64,000 bases of DNA from Neocallimastix sp. 'constans' (Eukaryota), in NCBI GenBank assembly GCA_050613775.1, contig JBODTK010000105.1, positions 62,001 to 126,000 on the forward strand. The letters run 5' to 3'. Shown piece by piece: positions 30,111 through 43,860 of the stretch. The notes below the pieces were generated by a model. It was not told the origin of the DNA and made no database searches. It saw only the letters and a program-made list of their open reading frames with translations. The position numbers were made by a program, and so were the translations under genes. Numbering within the stretch: the first letter of the stretch is position 1; every line of letters starts with the position of its first letter.

Positions 30111-30388
30111 GCAACAGTAGTAATAATGTTTCATCCACTTCTAAAAAAGTAAATAACATTAACAATGGTAATTCCTTTACCGCCAATGTTAATGTAGCAG
30201 AATTTATTCCAGGAAATAATAAAAAGGCTCTTCAGCAACCTTCTTCTTCTTCTTCATTACATAATAATAATGAAAAAAATAAAAAGGAAATGGAATATTA
30301 TAATGATGCCTATCCTACTTCAAAAATAAATACTGTGACCTCTCCTTCCTTTATCGATACAAATCTTTATAATAATAAAGAAAATTAA
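23648..30388 (+). CDS. Large Asn/Ser/Gly-rich low-complexity protein with C-terminal PAM2-like motif; 4 exons: 23648-24005, 24206-24748, 24988-25983, 26325-30388; ~1986 aa
   Basis: Three phase-1 GT-AG introns join the frames (total 5961 nt, divisible by 3). Poly-N tracts, RRGSL/RRQSC/RRSNS motifs and SFTANVNVAEFIPG near the C-terminus. Confidence 0.85.
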
Positions 30389-30819
30389 AAAATAAAAAAA
30401 TTTATTATATTAAATAATTGTATAAGTTAATAATGTAATATATATTTGCAAATAATAATAAAATATAAATCATAAATTATAAATTATAAATTATAAATCA
30501 TAAATTATAATTAATGATTAATAATTAATAATTAATATATATTATATATATAAAAGACTTTTTGTTTTTAGTATTTATTATTATTATTTTATTATTACTT
30601 TATTTTAATAATGTTTAAAAAAAAAAAAAAAAAAAAAAAAGTTCTATTTATTTTTCATTTTTTATTTTTATTTTTATTATTTTTTTTAAAAAAAAAATAT
30701 ATATTTATTTTCAGAAACTATATAAATTTTGTATTTACTTTTTTTTTTTCTATTAAAATATATTTTAATTCATTTATTTTAAGGTTAATATTATTATTAT
30801 CCAAGCTTTTTTTTATTAA

Positions 30820-30922
<103 letters not shown>

Positions 30923-30941
30923 TTTTTTTTTTTTTTTTTTT

Positions 30942-31070
30942 GAGATCTGATGAATTAAGATGTGGATTCAAATCTGATATGAAATCTTTAATATTAAAAG
31001 TAAATTGGTATCTAAAGATTGCCCAATATTCTGCCCTTGTTGTAGTAAAAGTAGCAGTATACCTAGTTTT
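30942..31070 (+). mobile_element. LINE ORF2 C-terminal fragment (Cys-rich zinc-knuckle region)
   Basis: LRCGFKSDMKSL/IKSKLVSKDCPIFCPCCSK across one frameshift; homologous to 31940-32140. Confidence 0.7.
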
Positions 31071-31789
31071 GCACACTAAATACTTTTTTTTTATGTATTG
31101 ATGAAAAAAAATTTTTTTTTTTTCAATTTTTTTTCATTAATTTTTTTCTAATTGTTCATAAGAGAAATTTATTAAACATTCCTGAATGATAAAGATATAA
31201 AAGGAAGATTATTTTTTTTTAATGGTAATAATATTAATCCTATTAAAAAAAATTTTTTTAATTATGTATTTGTATCTCCTTCTTGATGGAAATGTGTAAT
31301 ATATGAAATCTTAACGATTGATTTAAAGGAAGGAAAAGAAAGCATTTATTAATAATAATATTCTTTCAATTACCTTTGAAAAAGTTCTTCTTTCACAATT
31401 TCATATTTTCATATTTTTGTGAGGATTGTGGGAATTCCTTACTAATGATTAATGCTTATGTTTATTGTCTATTGTGATTAGTGAATTTTTTTTACACTAT
31501 GAATCAATTTCGTATACCATTGGACCTACCGTTGTCAAGAGTTATTTCAAAAGGAACGCAACGGTCAGTGATTACGCCTTATCTTGTGATCTTCAAGTAT
31601 TTCTAATTGCTGACTTTTGTGCTTTTCTTCAAATAAAATGCTTTTTGTAAATGGAAAAATTTTAATATGTATCATTAATGATCTCATAAACCATATCCCT
31701 TCCATGAAACATTATTCTTGATCGTAAAAAATCACTGGTGCTCTACAAGAAAAAACTAGAAAAAATTTAGAAAAAAGAATAACACTAAA

Positions 31790-32150
31790 TTCAAAGATGT
31801 TTTTGAATCATATTGGTTATGATGTTGGTAAAATTTTCAAGGAATTAAAGGTTATAAATTACGATAACTTCAAATTTATAAATATTTAGAAATCTATTCA
31901 GGCTCAGTCTTAAATACCCTCCCTCCCCCCAATTTAAGTTTAGGTTTTAACTGGATTACTTAAGATTAAAAGTTGGTTACAAATACAATACTACTATTAC
32001 AATTAGAAGTGGTGGAGTTTCTGATGATTGTCTTAAATTTTGCCCTATCTGTGGAAAAGGTGATTCAATCTTTTATCCATTGGATATTTGAATGTTCTAC
32101 CTTTTTTCTCTATGTCGATGTAAATCTTTAGATTTTATTGACGAAATTTT
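31790..32150 (+). mobile_element. LINE ORF2 C-terminal fragment with CCHC zinc knuckle
   Basis: GFNWI/LKIKVGYKYNTTITIRSGGVSDDCLKFCPICGKGD...IHWIFECSTFFLCRCKSLDFIDE, with small frameshifts. Confidence 0.8.
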
Positions 32151-32773
32151 TTATTGTATTTTGTATACGTATCTAATCAATTCTAATAAATATGTTCTAT
32201 TTAATTAATAAATTTAAAGTGGCTTGTAATATTTTTATTATTTAAAAGATAATTTTAAATTATTCTATTATTTAATTTTATTTTTTATTAGAGGCTTTGA
32301 TTATCAATTAATAATTAATGTAATTAATGGATATATATATATATATATATTTTTTTTTTTTTAATACTAAAGATTACTTTTAACTTTTTTATACTAATGA
32401 AATATTAAAAATATATATATATATATAATTTTAATATTTATTGTTTTAATTCAAATGATGTATTTATTATTAATAAAGATTGAATAAAATAAAATAAAAT
32501 AAAATAAAATTACTAAATATTAATTAATAATAATTAAATGATAATATTTAATGATAAAAAATTAAATAATGATTAATAATAAATTAAATTTTTCATATCA
32601 AAAAAAAAAATAAAAAAATAAAAAAACTTTAAAATTTTGTTGTCCATTCAAGATCTTTTAATTAAAAAAAAATTTTTTTGATTTGATCTTTAATTAAAAA
32701 TAAATGAATAAATAAATATTAACTAAATAAAATTTTAGTATCAATCTTCTAATGTATGAGTATGTGCTAAAAA

Positions 32774-32806
<33 letters not shown>

Positions 32807-33232
32807 GTATAGATTTAATTAATTTATATGAAAATAAATTATAAAAATACATTTGATATATGAATTATGAATTGTTCACATAAGTTTTGTTATTATAAAA
32901 ATATTAACATATAAATTTATAATATATGTATTAGTTAATATATATTTTATTATATGAATGTATGGGAATATTTATTACTTTAACATAATTTTCGTATGTA
33001 TTAAATTTAGTATTTATAACATTTATGATGAGAGTATTTATATTACCTATTTTAGAACACCTATAAATTATACTATGTGCTTTATACTAAAAAAATATAT
33101 ATATGGATTATTTGAGTTTTTACTAACGAACAGTTGATTTGATAGATAATAGATATATAATAGTTTTCTCTCGTCTATATATACATTTACTTTGTTTTAC
33201 TTTATTTTATTTTATTTTTTTACATAAAAAAA

Positions 33233-33392
33233 AGAATAGAATACTATTATATAGAAATTAAAAAAAATAAATATAGAATATTATTATTATATAGAAATTA
33301 AAAAAAATAAATATAGAATATTATTATTATATAGAAAATAAAAAAAAAAATAAATATAGAATACTATTATTATATAGAAAATAAAAAAAAAA
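33233..33392. repeat. Tandem ~40-bp minisatellite, about 4 copies
   Basis: Unit AAATATAGAATA(C/T)TATTATTATATAGAAA(A/T)TAAAAAAAA repeated. Confidence 0.85.
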
Positions 33393-35091
33393 TTGTTTAA
33401 TTTTATTTATAAAATGGAGTAATACTGGATTATTTGTTATGAAAAAAAAAAAAAAATTAATATGCTCTACAGTAATTATTATTATTTAATATATATATAT
33501 ATTATCTTATTTTATGTTATTTTATATTATATAATATTATTTTATTTTATTTTATTTTATATTTATTTTATATTTATTTTTTTGTTTGGTTATTGAATTT
33601 TAATATTTTCTATTTTCTATTTTTCATTTTATTTTAGTTTTATTAAATATTTATAAAATGAATTATATAGTATAAAATATATCTATATAATTTAATAGTA
33701 TTAAATTTTATATATATATTTTTTTAAAAAGTTCTTTTATTAAGAAGTCAGTAATTATAAAAATAATAAAAATTAATTAAATTCTATATTAAATAAAGGA
33801 TATTATATAAACTTTTTTTAATTAGCTTTTTAATATATTTATATATATAAAAAAAAATTAATATATTATATTCATATAAATATATATTTTTATATATCTA
33901 ATTATCCTTTACTTTTTTTTTTTTTTTTTTTTTATAATTTCTGTTATAATTGATTTATTTTTTCAAAATTATTTATTAATTAAAAAAAGTTTATAGTCTG
34001 CTTTGATATTATACTGAATTTTTAATACATATTTAAATTGCTTTATAATGTAAGAAAAAAAAAAAAAAAAGGAATATTTGATTATTTTTTAAATATTTTA
34101 TATAATTAATTTATAAAAGATGATAAAAACATTACTTTGAATATCAAAGATGATTTAAATATATATATGTTTTTTAATAATATTTCATTCAATGAATATA
34201 TAAATATATATTTTAATTGAATTTAATATAAAATTTAAAATAACAGAATTATATTTTAAATGCTTTTGATTATATTTTATATATGTTAATTTTGTATTAT
34301 TTTTATCTTTATTTTTTTTTATTATTATTATTTTTTATAAGTATTAAAAAGAATAATATTAACTTAAAAATTATTTTATTTTTTTTTTTATTTTATTTTT
34401 TTTACCTATCTATCTCATAATATAGAATATATATTTTACTTAATTCATAGTAAATATTATATATTCATTATGAAAAAGTATATTATAAAGTAAGTAATAA
34501 TAAAGGATAGTTATTTATTAAAATAATAAAATATATTTAAATATTATTTTTTATATATGATATATAATAGTATTATATATATATATATACATTTATGAAT
34601 AATTTTGAGAATTTGAATGATATTTTAATTTTAAAAAGAGTTTTATATTAATAAAAAAATAATAATAATAAATAAATATGAAAATCAATAAAATTAGTTA
34701 AATAAATCTTAATCAAACGAATAATATTAATGAATTCTTGAGATAATAACAGTATTGATAACATATGTTAAATTTATATAAAATTAATTTAATTAATGAT
34801 ATATTTATATATAATATTCAGAGGATAATCTAAGTTTTTCCATATATAAAATATAATAGTAGTAATCAATAAAATGTAATAAATTTAAAACATAAAAATT
34901 AGAAATATTAAATATATTATAGGACTCTTCTAAAAGATTTAAATTTATAAAATAATAACAAAAAGTGGATACAAATAAAAAAAAATTTGATACTTACTAA
35001 ATACTTTATATAACTAAATTTGTACAAATTTTATTAAATAAATATAATATTAAATAAAATATATATATAATATTAAAAAAAAAAAAAATAG

Positions 35092-36449
35092 TAAAAACAA
35101 AAAGAAAACTTCTACACTGGAAAATAAAGACAGTGAAAATAGTGAAGTTAAAGATAATAATAATAATGAAGTTAAAGATAATAATAATGAAGGTAAAGAC
35201 ACTGATATTAAAGAGGAGGATTTATTAGAATTACCAAAAATTAGTGAAGAAGATTTAAAAGCCTTCACAAAAGAAGATAGGCTCAAACTGAAGGAGGTGC
35301 AAATGCTCTATATAAGAGATTATAATTCAGACAAGATTGAAATTCGTTTAAATTTTTTAAAAAATCTTCAAAAAAGAATTAGTATTGAAGCAGCTATCTT
35401 AAAACGTCATTATAGATTAGCTAGTGAAAGTGTTAGTAATAATGACAATAAGGATAATACTGAAGATACTGAAAAATCAAAGGTAACTGAGGTGATTGAA
35501 GTAAGTGATGATGATGAAGAACCTGAAAATAATTCAGAACCCTTAGAAGTTCTTAATCCTGGTTCTGAAGATAATAAACCAATTGAATATTCATTAGTTT
35601 CCAGTGATAGTATTAATGAACCTACTAATGATGCTGTATTATTGAGTTCTGAAGGGGACATAAATATGGAATCGAACTCCACTAAGATTATTGAAGGTAA
35701 TGAAAATACTGACATTGTTGAATCTAATGATGCTAATATGAATAATACCGAAGGAGGTAAAAATAATATAATATTATATATTTCAGTAGTCTTTGTGAAA
35801 TTATAATTTACATTAAAAAAAAAAAATATTCATATATTATTAGTAATGATAGTTATTATAATTTATTAATAAAAATTTATTATGTATAAATAAATTTTAA
35901 TAATATTAATATTTTTGATTATAAATTATTTTCATAAATTGAAATGTATGAAAATAAAATCATTATGATATTTCTACATTATTAAATTTTAAATTATCAA
36001 ATTTTATTTAATGAAATAGAAGGTGAGATAGAAACTTCTACCAAAAAGAGAAAAACTAAGACAACTAAGGTATTTATATATATATATATATCTATTATTA
36101 AAGAATTTGAATAATGAATTTGGATTTATGGTTAATAGGATGGTATTAATAAATTCATAGGATTTAATGAAGTACTATTATTATTTTAAATAAATTATAA
36201 TAGGGTTTTTATAAACCCTTTTTTTTTAATAAAAATAAATAATAATAATAATAATAATAATGCTATTCCTTATTATTTGTTATAAATTTAAATATATAGT
36301 ATTATTATTATTAAAAGTTCTTCATAATAAAATTTATATTTTAAGATGGACAATTTTTTTAATAAATATATTCAAAAAAAAAATTTTTTTTTTATTATAT
36401 ATTAATCTATATTAATAATCTTATTATTATATTAATATTAATGCATTCA

Positions 36450-36481
<32 letters not shown>

Positions 36482-36801
36482 AATATCATAATAAAATTAT
36501 TATCAAAATAATAATAATAAAAAATTATATTTCCTTTTATAAAAAAAAAAAAAAAAAAACATAATAAATAAATAAATAAATAAATAAAGGCCAAAACCAC
36601 TACTAAGAAAACTACTAGAAGAAAGAAGGCAGCTAATGGTATTTTTTTTAATTTAAGTTTTAGTAGTATGAATTAAAAAATTAAAGAAAAAATTAATGTA
36701 TTAATTTTTTTTGTATCCATTTAATTTATAAAGATGAAGCTATGAATGATTCAGAAACTTCTGAAAAGCCTAAAAGAACAAGAAAATCTGTATGTTAATA
36801 G

Positions 36802-36841
<40 letters not shown>

Positions 36842-39694
36842 AGCAATGATTAATTGAACTTATACTAAATTAATTATTTTCTATATTAAGTTTAATAGAT
36901 ATAATTAATAATTACTAAAATTTTCTATTTTATTTTATTTTATTTAACGTGTATTATTTATATATATGATATTAATAATATTAACTATATAATTTTTCTA
37001 TTCTATTTATTTTAAAATTAAAGGCTAAGTCGGAAGAAACTAAAACCAATAACAATAAGGATAAAGAACCAGAAGTTGATAATCATTTTGCACCAGCTGA
37101 TAAATTTAAAAGAGTAATATCTCCATTTCAATACTTAATTAATAAAAAAATTTTTTTTTTTCTCTCTTAAATGAATAAAAATAATTTAAATAGAAATAGT
37201 TTATAAATAATTTATTAAATAATTTTTATTTTTTCTTGGTAAAACTTATAATTATCGATATTAATAGATTAAGACAACCTTTGATATTCAAGAACTTAAT
37301 AACCTTGCCCGTTTATACCCAGATGAATATTGGAAGGATAATGCTGATAATGGTGAAATGATCAACTTTATTAATGAAAATTATCCATTAGAAATTGTTC
37401 AGGAGGCCAACATACAAGATTATTGTAATTATTAATTTATAAAAAAAAACTATATATATAGATTCATTTAATGAAGAAAAAAAAAGTAAATAAACTTATT
37501 TGTATAAATAAATTGAACTAATGATTATTAATCTATTATATATATAATCATTATTTTTATAATTAGCTCAAATTGTTGGTATTGTTTTATCACCAGATGG
37601 TCAAATGCTTGTTACCTTTAGTACCATTGGTTCTGCTAAAATATGGGATATGGAAACTTTTGAATTAATTCAAACTTTAAGAGATACAGGGGTAAATAAG
37701 AGAGAAGAAAAAAAAAATACTATATATATATATATATATTTAAACATTTTTTTTTTTTTTGTTTGCTTTTTTTTGTTTTTACATTTTTTTATATCAGAAT
37801 TTAATATACTCATCTCTTCGTATCTCTCTATTATAAATTTATATTTCTATAAAATATTTAAATAGGAAAAACAAATTGATGAATTCTTTGTTGGTAGATT
37901 TACACCATCTATGGAATATATTGTAGTTGCAGGTAAATTAAAAGATAGAAATAAATGGAGTATTGAAGATGATGATAATCATATTTTACCTTGTCCATTA
38001 AAGGTATATATAAATTATTTTATCAAAAATAATAATTATAATTATTATTATTTAACTATATTAAAACATTATTAAAATATTAAATCGATGATATTTTTAT
38101 TTTATTTTATTTTATTTTTAATTAACTAATTAATATGTAAATTATATATATTATCTATAATAGATATTTGATGTTGTTAGTGGTCAAGTTATTGCTCGTT
38201 TAGAAGGTCATGCCGAAGAAGTTTTATGCATAAAGAGTGTCGTTTTTAAAAATGAAAATTACTATGTCACTACTAGTCAAGATGGTTATATTATTAAATG
38301 GAAGATGAAGGAGAACTGGATAGAATTAGAAAACTTTGAAAGAATGAATGATGGTATTACCTGTATGGCATTTACTATTTCTTTCTTACCTAATACCGGT
38401 AATAAATACTTTATTGCTGCTACGGATGGTGATGTTAGTTTATTTGATTTTGAAAATGCTCAAGTAAGTTCTTTTTTTTTTTTTTTTTTATAAATATTTA
38501 TAAATGGAAAAAGTTTTAAAATAATTTGAAATAAATATAAAGTAAATTTTAATAACTCAATAAATAATTTATATAATAATATTTCTTAAATTGTGTATAT
38601 ATATACAAATATGAATTAAAATAGATTATTCAACGTTTTGTTACTCCATATACTCACTATTGTGATTGTGTAAAAATTGTTGATTGTATAGAATATCCAA
38701 AACCAAAATATGTTTGGGGTGTATCTGATAAATTACCAACCAAAGAATCCCCAATGTTTTGTTATTTTGTTACTCGTGGAGTAGAAGTCTTAGATATTGA
38801 AGATGAAACTGTCCGTAAGTATAATATTAAAAAAAAAAACTTTTTATTTTTATTATTTTATTATATATATATATTTAAGCATTATAATAATAAATGATAA
38901 TTAATAATATTTTTATTTTTATTTTTTTTTTTTATTTTTATTTTTATTTTTATTTTTATTTTTTTATTTATTCGTTTAATTTTATAAAAAAATAAAAAAT
39001 AATATAGCATCAAAACCAAATAGATGTCATTTAGAAAAATTAATTTATCCAGTTAGTGAACATGATCATTTCAGAATCGAAGATATTAAGAATTATAATG
39101 ATGGAGAGTTAGTATTTTCAACTTTATAATAATAAATAACAACTAAAATAAAAATAATAACAAACATAATGACTTTTGTATAATTTATATTTATTATTAT
39201 ATAAATATATAAATATATATAATTATAATAATATCATTTAAATTATAAAAATATTAAAAAAAAAATTATTTTATAATAGTTATCATTCCAATTCTTGGTT
39301 AATTAAGATTACAAGTAATGGTAGATACATAGCTGCCCCAACGTATGATGGAAAAGTATTTTTATTTAATCTTAAAACTGGTAAAGTTTCTGGTATGCTT
39401 CATTATCATGAAGATGTAGAAGTTAGAGATGTAATCTTCCATCCTTATAAGCCGTTATTACTCTCTTGTAGTGATGGTAACTATTTTTATTAAATTGTAT
39501 TTTAAAATATATATCTATATAAATATATCAATTTTTTTTATTAAAATAATAATAATAATATGTTGTTAATCCATAAATATATTATAATAATAATAATCTT
39601 TTTATTTTTATAATTAATTATTTTATATTTATTACCAAAAAAAAAAAAAAAATAAGATGGTACCGTGAAAGTTTACAGATCTTCAAAAAAATAG
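35092..39694 (+). CDS. WD40-repeat protein with acidic/basic disordered N-terminus; exons 35092-35756, 36020-36069, 36590-36638, 36734-36789, 37024-37113, 37268-37424, 37567-37691, 37866-38003, 38164-38463, 38625-38814, 39008-39107, 39280-39476, 39657-39694. First coding exon uncertain (candidate 34470-34489, giving 724 aa)
   Basis: All introns are GT-AG and phases are consistent. WD blades SPDGQMLVTFSTIGSAKIWD, LEGHAEEVLCIK...TTSQDGYIIKW and VRDVIFHPYKPLLLSCSDDGTVKVY. Lys/Arg-rich NLS-like stretches in the small exons. Confidence 0.9.
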
Positions 39695-40435
39695 ATGAAA
39701 TGTTAAACATTAAACAGTAATATTTTAAACATTCACTATAGGAAACGAAAAAAAATTTTAATTGCAGTATTTTACTTTCTATATATATACATATATATAT
39801 TTATATATAATAGTTTTTATTTTTATTATTATTTTACTTGGAATAATTTAATACATAAATATTATAATATTTTTAGTTAATTAGTTTTAATTTTATTTAA
39901 TGTATTTAATATATGATTTTTTTTCTATAGTTTTATATTTTCTTTTACATTATATATCAATAATTTAAAAATATTTTTATTATCTTTTTTTTTTTTTTAT
40001 AATTTAAATATTATTATTATAAATATATTTATATTTTTTATTTTTTTATATATTATTATTAGAATATTTGTCAGTAATTATTTTGTAATAATATTATTGT
40101 TATTAATAATGTTTTTATATTTATTTATATTCACCATATTAGTATTATATATCATTTAATATATATATTTAATATATATATCTTTTTCTGTCTTTTTTTT
40201 TTTTTTTTATATATTTTACTATTATTTCTTTATTTCTCTCTTTTTTTTTTTTTTTCTTTTCTTTTAAGAAAAAAAAATTTTTATTTATATTATTTTTTAA
40301 AAATAATAACCCTATTTAAAATTTTATAATATCTATTAATATTTATATTTTTTATTTTTCTTTTAAAAAAAATTTTTTTTATTCTTTTTCTTTTTATATT
40401 ATTATTATTATTATACAAAAGTTTTTAATTTATAA

Positions 40436-40466
<31 letters not shown>

Positions 40467-40821
40467 ATTTTATAAAATTTATATTTATATATAAATTTTA
40501 TATAGTTTTTTTTTTATTTTTTTTTTTTTTTTTTATTATTATTATTATTTTTTTTTTTAATACATTTTAGAATTAATTAAAATAATTCATGTAGCAACAA
40601 ATTATGAACTTATAATAATTTTCAATTGTATTAATTATATTATTGTATTTTTATTATTATTTTATTTTTTTATTATTAAAATAAGTAAAAAAAAATAAAA
40701 AATAAAATAAAATTTTTAATTCCAAAAAAAAAAAAAAAAAAAAAAAAAACTGACAAAAAGAAATTAATTGGAATACTGAATCTTAATAAATTATGAAACA
40801 ATTTACATTATTTACGAATAG

Positions 40822-41090
40822 GTTTTCTTAGTGGTTACTGCGGCACTTCTCCAATCGATTATACCTATTGCTATTGGCCAGCAATGGTCTTTGTTCAATA
40901 GGTTCAAATCGAATCGTACTACTACTACCAAGAGCGTCAATGCTGAAGAAACAGTAAGACAGGCCAGCAGGGCTAGCGCAACCAATGAAGATCATAATTT
41001 TGTATCTTAAAATTATGATTAACATTGCGAAGTCAAAGTTAATTATTATACTTCAGTATAATAATGCCCTTGTGAAGTCTTACAAATATT
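40822..41090 (+). mobile_element. Probable LINE 3' end (ORF2 C-terminus plus 3' UTR)
   Basis: Open frame FLVVTAALLQSIIPIAIGQQWSLFNRFKSNRTTTTKSVNAEETVRQASRASATNEDHNFVS*. It aligns by eye with NTIPIISSSL..LLYDRYNKKSFNTKSA (42305-42391, downstream of the RT and zinc knuckle) and with 54750-54815. Confidence 0.6.
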
Positions 41091-41242
41091 AATTAAATGA
41101 AACTAGAATATATTATACCATTATTTTATTTTTATTTTGTGTTTTATTTTTTGTTTATTTTTTTATCTTTTTTTTTTTTATTATTTTATTACATGTATTT
41201 TATCAAATATTTAATTAATAAAGATGAAACAAGTTTGCTGCC

Positions 41243-41286
<44 letters not shown>

Positions 41287-41589
41287 GAATAGGTTTAAAT
41301 GACTAGAATCATATAATTAGTGATTAATATAATCAAAATCAATACCCTAAGATCAAAATTATATCAAATACACAGATATATTATTATTTAATAATAATAA
41401 TAATAATAATATATTATTATTTATTATTTATTTATTATTATTATTATCTATTATTTATTATTTATTATTTATTATTATCTACCTGTCTAAAAAAAAAAAA
41501 AAAAAAAAAAATATTATTATCTATTACTATGTATTATTTATTATTATTATTATTATCTATTATTATTTATTATTTATTATTATAAAAAA

Positions 41590-41892
41590 AATTTAAAGGT
41601 AAAATTTACTTATATAGCCTTTCTTCGATCTTAAAAAAGGCCTTTTCCCATCTACAAATATTCTCACTAAATTATTTCATCTTGGTATACGTGATAAGTG
41701 TTTCAACTTCCTTTCGAAACTTTATATCTTACTTCCAAAACAAAGAGATTCCTTACCTAAACATGCTATCTGATGAATTTCCCTATGAATTGAAGGAGTA
41801 AGACAAGGCTTATCCGTTATCACCTATACTATTTAACTTGTTTATAAAGAATATTTTTAGGTAATTGTGATAAATATGTTGTGAATATATTG

Positions 41893-41925
<33 letters not shown>

Positions 41926-42600
41926 TTATTGGTGATCTAGTTTCAAATTTATCATTACTATTGCTACCAGAAGTAGTAGAGTTTTTGACAATTGTCTGAA
42001 AGTCTGCCTATACTGTGGAGAAAGTGAACAGTGGTTCATCCATTTTGGATATTCGAATGTTCTTCCATTTTCATTATATAGATGCCAATCTTTAGATTTC
42101 ATCAATGACCTTTTTTTTTTTTATAATATCCAGAGATAAAATAAGGACTCTTTCCTTATTACCCACCTATTCTAATATTTTAGAATATGAAAATTTTATC
42201 AATAAATAAACTATATTTACATATTCCTACAATTCGATACTGGGGAAAGGAGACATTTAAATGAGCAACTCTTAAGCAAACAGTTCAAAGGGATCTACTG
42301 TTCCGTAATACAATACCTATCATAAGTAGCTCTCTCTCCTGAATTACTTTATGATCGATATAATAAGAAATCCTTCAATACCAAGAGTGCCCACATCATA
42401 CCGATATAGCGTAGGAAACAATACTATTAGGTGTCCTACTTATATATATATTTCGAACACAAATAAGCTAACTGTCTATTTTCCTTTCACAGAATCTATA
42501 GAGAGTAACTTCTCTTAATGAGAATCTTTCTATATTTTCAGGGGAGAGTTTTGTGGGTACAACACTATCTATTTTTTAAAAGATGTTACTTCTTTGTTTT
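41590..42600 (+). mobile_element. Highly decayed, internally deleted LINE: RT fragment, zinc knuckle and 3' end
   Basis: TYIAF(L)DLKKA, NILTKLFHLGIRDKCF and GVRQG.PLSPILFNLFI match 2830-3110. CLYCGESE...WIFECSSI...RCQSLDFIND matches 32040-32145. Confidence 0.85.
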
Positions 42601-43057
42601 ATTATTTTGGATTTAAATGGTGATCATGGCACTCCACATAGTATACATCACACCAAAATTTTTTGAACTTTTAAACATATTTTTATGTTTTATTACATTA
42701 AATTTTCAATGATTAATCAAAAAAAAATTTTTTTTTTTTTTTTTTAAAATTTTATTATTATTTATTTTAATTAATCTTTTATATACATTTTATTTTTATC
42801 TTTAAATTACCTTAAATTATATAATGTATTTTTTTTTTTTTTAGAATGTAATACATAAAAATTTAATTATCGATTTAATGAAGCACTGAAAGTATATTCT
42901 CTTTTTAATCTAAAAATAAAAAATAAAAAATTATTATTATTACTACAAATTTTAAATGCATAAGTTGTACAAAAAAAAATAATGTATTACAATTATTCTA
43001 TAAAAATATTTAATTTTATATATAATATTTTGAAAATAATTGATTAATTTCATTTAC

Positions 43058-43088
<31 letters not shown>

Positions 43089-43828
43089 AAAAACTTTTTA
43101 ACATTTTAAAGTAAAACCCATTTTTTCAATATTTAACTATTAAAGAAATATTGATAACCTAAAAGAGTTTAGTTTCAATTCTAAAATATAAAATATAATT
43201 ATATTTAAATAAAAAAAGAAAAAAAAAATTTTTTTATATATAAATATATTTTTAATATTTAATATTTTTTTTTTTGTTTATAAAATAATAGAAATAAAAT
43301 TACTGAATTATATAACTTTTTTTTTTATTGATGTTCTTTTCTCTCATAATAATTATTATATATAATATACTATTTTAAGGAAATTAAATTTTTTTTAGAC
43401 TATTAAATATTAAATATTTTATATTTTTACATAATAATAATAATTATAAAATATAAGAAATAAAAAAAAACTAAATAATATTAATAAAATTATTAAAGAG
43501 GCTTCTTTTTTTTTTTTTTTTTTTTTTTTATTTTTAGTCATCATAAAATCATAATTTATACTATTTTATAAATGGGTTGGATAGTATTAAAATGTTTAAG
43601 CGTTAAAATATGTAAGGATTGCATAAAAATACTTAATCTTTTTATTACCATTTTAGTTTTTTTTTTTTTTTTTTATTTAATGGCATTGCATTGTATTATT
43701 TAATTATTTAATTATTCAATTATTTAATTGTTTAATTGTTGATTATTTATTATTTATTATTTATTATTTATTATTTATTATTTATTATTTAATTATTTAT
43801 TATTTATTATTTAATTATTTAATTATTT

Positions 43829-43860
<32 letters not shown>

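Noticed and set aside
24244..30186. Minus-strand poly-L/I/V hydrophobic ORFs
   Set aside because: Antisense shadows of AAT/GAT repeats in the Asn-rich gene.
33233..33392. Repeat array as a possible CRISPR
   Set aside because: Head-to-tail AT-rich tandem units with no unique spacers, no cas genes, and a eukaryotic context.
40832..40900. GYCGTS...YC looks like a CBM18 chitin-binding fragment
   Set aside because: The other cysteines are missing, and a different frame is open for 61 codons and aligns with LINE C-terminal pieces at 42305 and 54750.
40875..40912. tRNA-like A box (TGGCCAGCAATGG) and B box (GGTTCAAATC)
   Set aside because: The boxes are too close together and no cloverleaf can be formed.
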